In this document: piece after piece, positions 61,871 to 64,000 of the stretch | Layout of the letters: the number at the start of each line of letters is the position of its first letter | How positions within the stretch are numbered: position 1 is the first letter of the stretch | Origin: the human T2T-CHM13v2.0 reference genome, Homo sapiens | Reading direction: 5' to 3' (one strand) | Length of the DNA: 64,000 nt | Assembly (NCBI RefSeq): GCF_009914755.1 | Contig: NC_060926.1 | Notes under the pieces: model-generated | Database searches by the model: none | What the model was told of the DNA's origin: nothing | The model's input: the letters and a program-made list of their open reading frames with translations, nothing else | Made by a program: the position numbers and the translations under genes

Positions 61871-62438
61871 TTCAAAAGATGACAACATCATCTGTTAAGG
61901 GATTTCCTAAATCTAGTGGCTGCCACAAAATTTGAAATGAGTTTTTAAAATTAAGTTGAATTAAAACACAAGGTAGGCAATCTGAGTGGATTCAACATGT
62001 TATAAAGACATAAAATATGCATTACCAGGGAGTAAGTTATTTTACTGCAATCAGATGTAAAAATATTTCAGTGAGTTATCATTTCTAGAATACCTTCATC
62101 ATTCACATTAGCCAGAATTTTCCCCAACTCATTCTTTATATCATGTAATGCTCCTCCTGGTACTTCTCACTTATTTCTTAGAATACAAGCATTCTCACTT
62201 AACTGCCATCCAAAAGTAAATGGAAGTTGCTCTTTCCCTTTAAAGATGCCTCCAATTTTAAACAGCAACTTATTCTTTCATGCATGCACTCATTTGTTCA
62301 CTTATCAAGTATGATTAAATATGTACTCAGTGCCAGGCACCATTCTAGATGCCAGGCACGCAGTAATAAACAAAACAAAGTTCATCTACAGATGGAGCTT
62401 GCCTTCTGTGAGGGAGACATATCCAGTTAGAAAAGAAA

Positions 62439-62741
62439 GACCAGGTACAGTGGCTCACGCATGTAATCACAACCCCTTGGGAGGCCAAGGCAGGACAGAT
62501 GCTTGAGGCCAGGAGTTTCAGACCAGCCTGGGCTACATAATGAGATCCCCATTTCTACCAAAAAAAAAAAATTAAAAATTAGTGGGGCATGGTGGTGCAT
62601 GCCTGTAGTCCCAGCTACTCCATAGTCTGGTGGAGGAGGATTGCTTGAGTCCAGAAGGTCAAGGCTGTGGTGAGTCAGGATCATGGCACTGCACTCTAGT
62701 CTGGGTGACAGATGAGACCTTATCTCACACACACACAAAAA
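62439..62741 (+). mobile_element. AluJ
   Basis: GCTTGAGGCCAGGAGTTTCAGACC...GGATTGCTTGAGTCC; (CA)n in the tail. Confidence 0.88.
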
Positions 62742-63114
62742 AGGAAGAATATAAACAATAAAAATGTACATATATTTTATGTCAGGATGTAATAAGTATT
62801 ATGAAGAAAAATCAGGCAGAGTAAGGTGGAGAGGGTGAACAGAGGAAGAGGGATGCAATTTTAGGAGGGCATCAGAAAAAGTCTCTTTAACAAATGGGAT
62901 TTGAGTAGAAACCCTGGATTAAGTGAAAATGGCAAGACCTGCACAGGTATCTTGGGGAAGAACATTCCAGGCAACTGAGGCATGTTTGTTACATTTGAAA
63001 AGCATCCAGTAAGTTGTTGTGGCTGGAGCTAATTGAGGACAGAGAGAAGGACATAGTGGTAGAACATGAGATATGACGGGAGGGGAATACTAGTTCATCT
63101 AGGGCCATCTAGGC

Positions 63115-63245
63115 AGGTGCCTCTAGGTCCTGGTTTGCTTGGGAACAACTCTGGTTTACACCTGTTGCCCTGGAGTGATTGCTCCTAAGGCTCTTTTCAT
63201 TTTCAGAGGAATCCCATTTGTATGATGAATTATATGATAATCTTA
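63115..63245. mobile_element. MER94-like (hAT-Blackjack) relic
   Basis: GTCCTGGTTTGCTTGGGA...GGTTTACACCTGTTG...GATGAATTATATG. Confidence 0.6.
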
Positions 63246-64000
63246 CTGTTAAGCCTAGGTAAGGACTTTGGATTTAATTCTGAGATAGAAAAGTACTGCA
63301 GGCTTTACATCCAAGAAATGACATCATTTGACTTAACATTGTTAAAAACTATTTGTGAAGAAGAGACTGGAGCAGGAAGTAGGATGAATTCCATAGCACC
63401 TAATCCACAAATGCCAACACAGTGCTGCTTTGGGATGTTTCTTTATGGACATTTAGGTTTTCCTTAAGAAGAATGACATGTCCAAAATATCATGACTCCT
63501 ATTGGCCATTGTATTCTATGTATTGACTTTCATAGATTTCCTTATAATTGAAAATGTTTAATGACATATGAATCCTCAGCTTCTCTATAAGAACTGGTAG
63601 AATAATTATAAACAAGCAACTTTTATATCTAGCAAGTTTCCCTTCTATAAGTGGTAAAGAAAACAAAACAAAACTTGGGCAAATTTAAAGAATACTTAAC
63701 TTGGTCAAAAGACCAAGATGGCTGTATTTACTCTAGTTTTAACCAACGGTTTGCCAAAAATGATATCCTAGGTAATATCAATACTTGTTAAATTACTATG
63801 GACATTTTTCTTGAATAGTCTCTAGTTAGAGTTATGCATGATCTAGAAAACTGTCAAATATAAGTGTAGACTAAAGTTAAAATAAATGGTAAACATATGG
63901 TTATTATTGATTTGAGCAAACTCCATTCTAAATGGAAAAGATGTATACAATAAGCCAGAAAACATCTTTTAAAAATTGCTGAAAAGCTTTCATGTGCAAA

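Larger units (their letters stand above)
62275..63390 (-). mobile_element. L2 fragment interrupted by AluJ and MER94
   Basis: CATTTGTTCAC...GTGCCAGGCAC; GGGGAAGAACATTCCAGGC; AAGGACTTTGGATTTAATTCTGAG. Confidence 0.7.

Overview
Primate, most likely human, genomic DNA. It contains the 5' end of CCDC141 (CAMDI) on the minus strand: coding exon 1 (43011-43112, MSSQGSPSVALSTTTVSSVAVQAGDSKIVIAVIK) and exon 2 (40455-40577, [41 protein letters not shown]). Both were read by hand; the ORF track misses them. Positions 1-40454 are part of a long intron 2 filled with L1, Alu, THE1B, MLT1, L2, MIR and DNA-transposon relics, including three separate 5'-inverted (twin-primed) L1s and a ~1 kb TA-rich satellite. 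Upstream of the gene, four retroelements share the gene's orientation: a two-LTR HERV-H provirus (44756-50494), a MER4-group LTR nested in an AluJ, a solo LTR7C-like LTR and a full-length L1PA3. The best leads are: (i) a possible HERV-H/LTR7 alternative promoter splicing into CCDC141 exon 2; (ii) a perfect 28-bp-stem hairpin in unique intronic DNA (13590-13672) resembling a de novo template-switch or pre-miRNA-like hairpin; (iii) an intact, extended L1 ORF0 that reads out into flanking DNA. No prokaryotic-type system, CRISPR array or RNA gene was seen. Repeat subfamily names come from recalled consensus sequences, not from a RepeatMasker run, and boundaries of old repeats are approximate.
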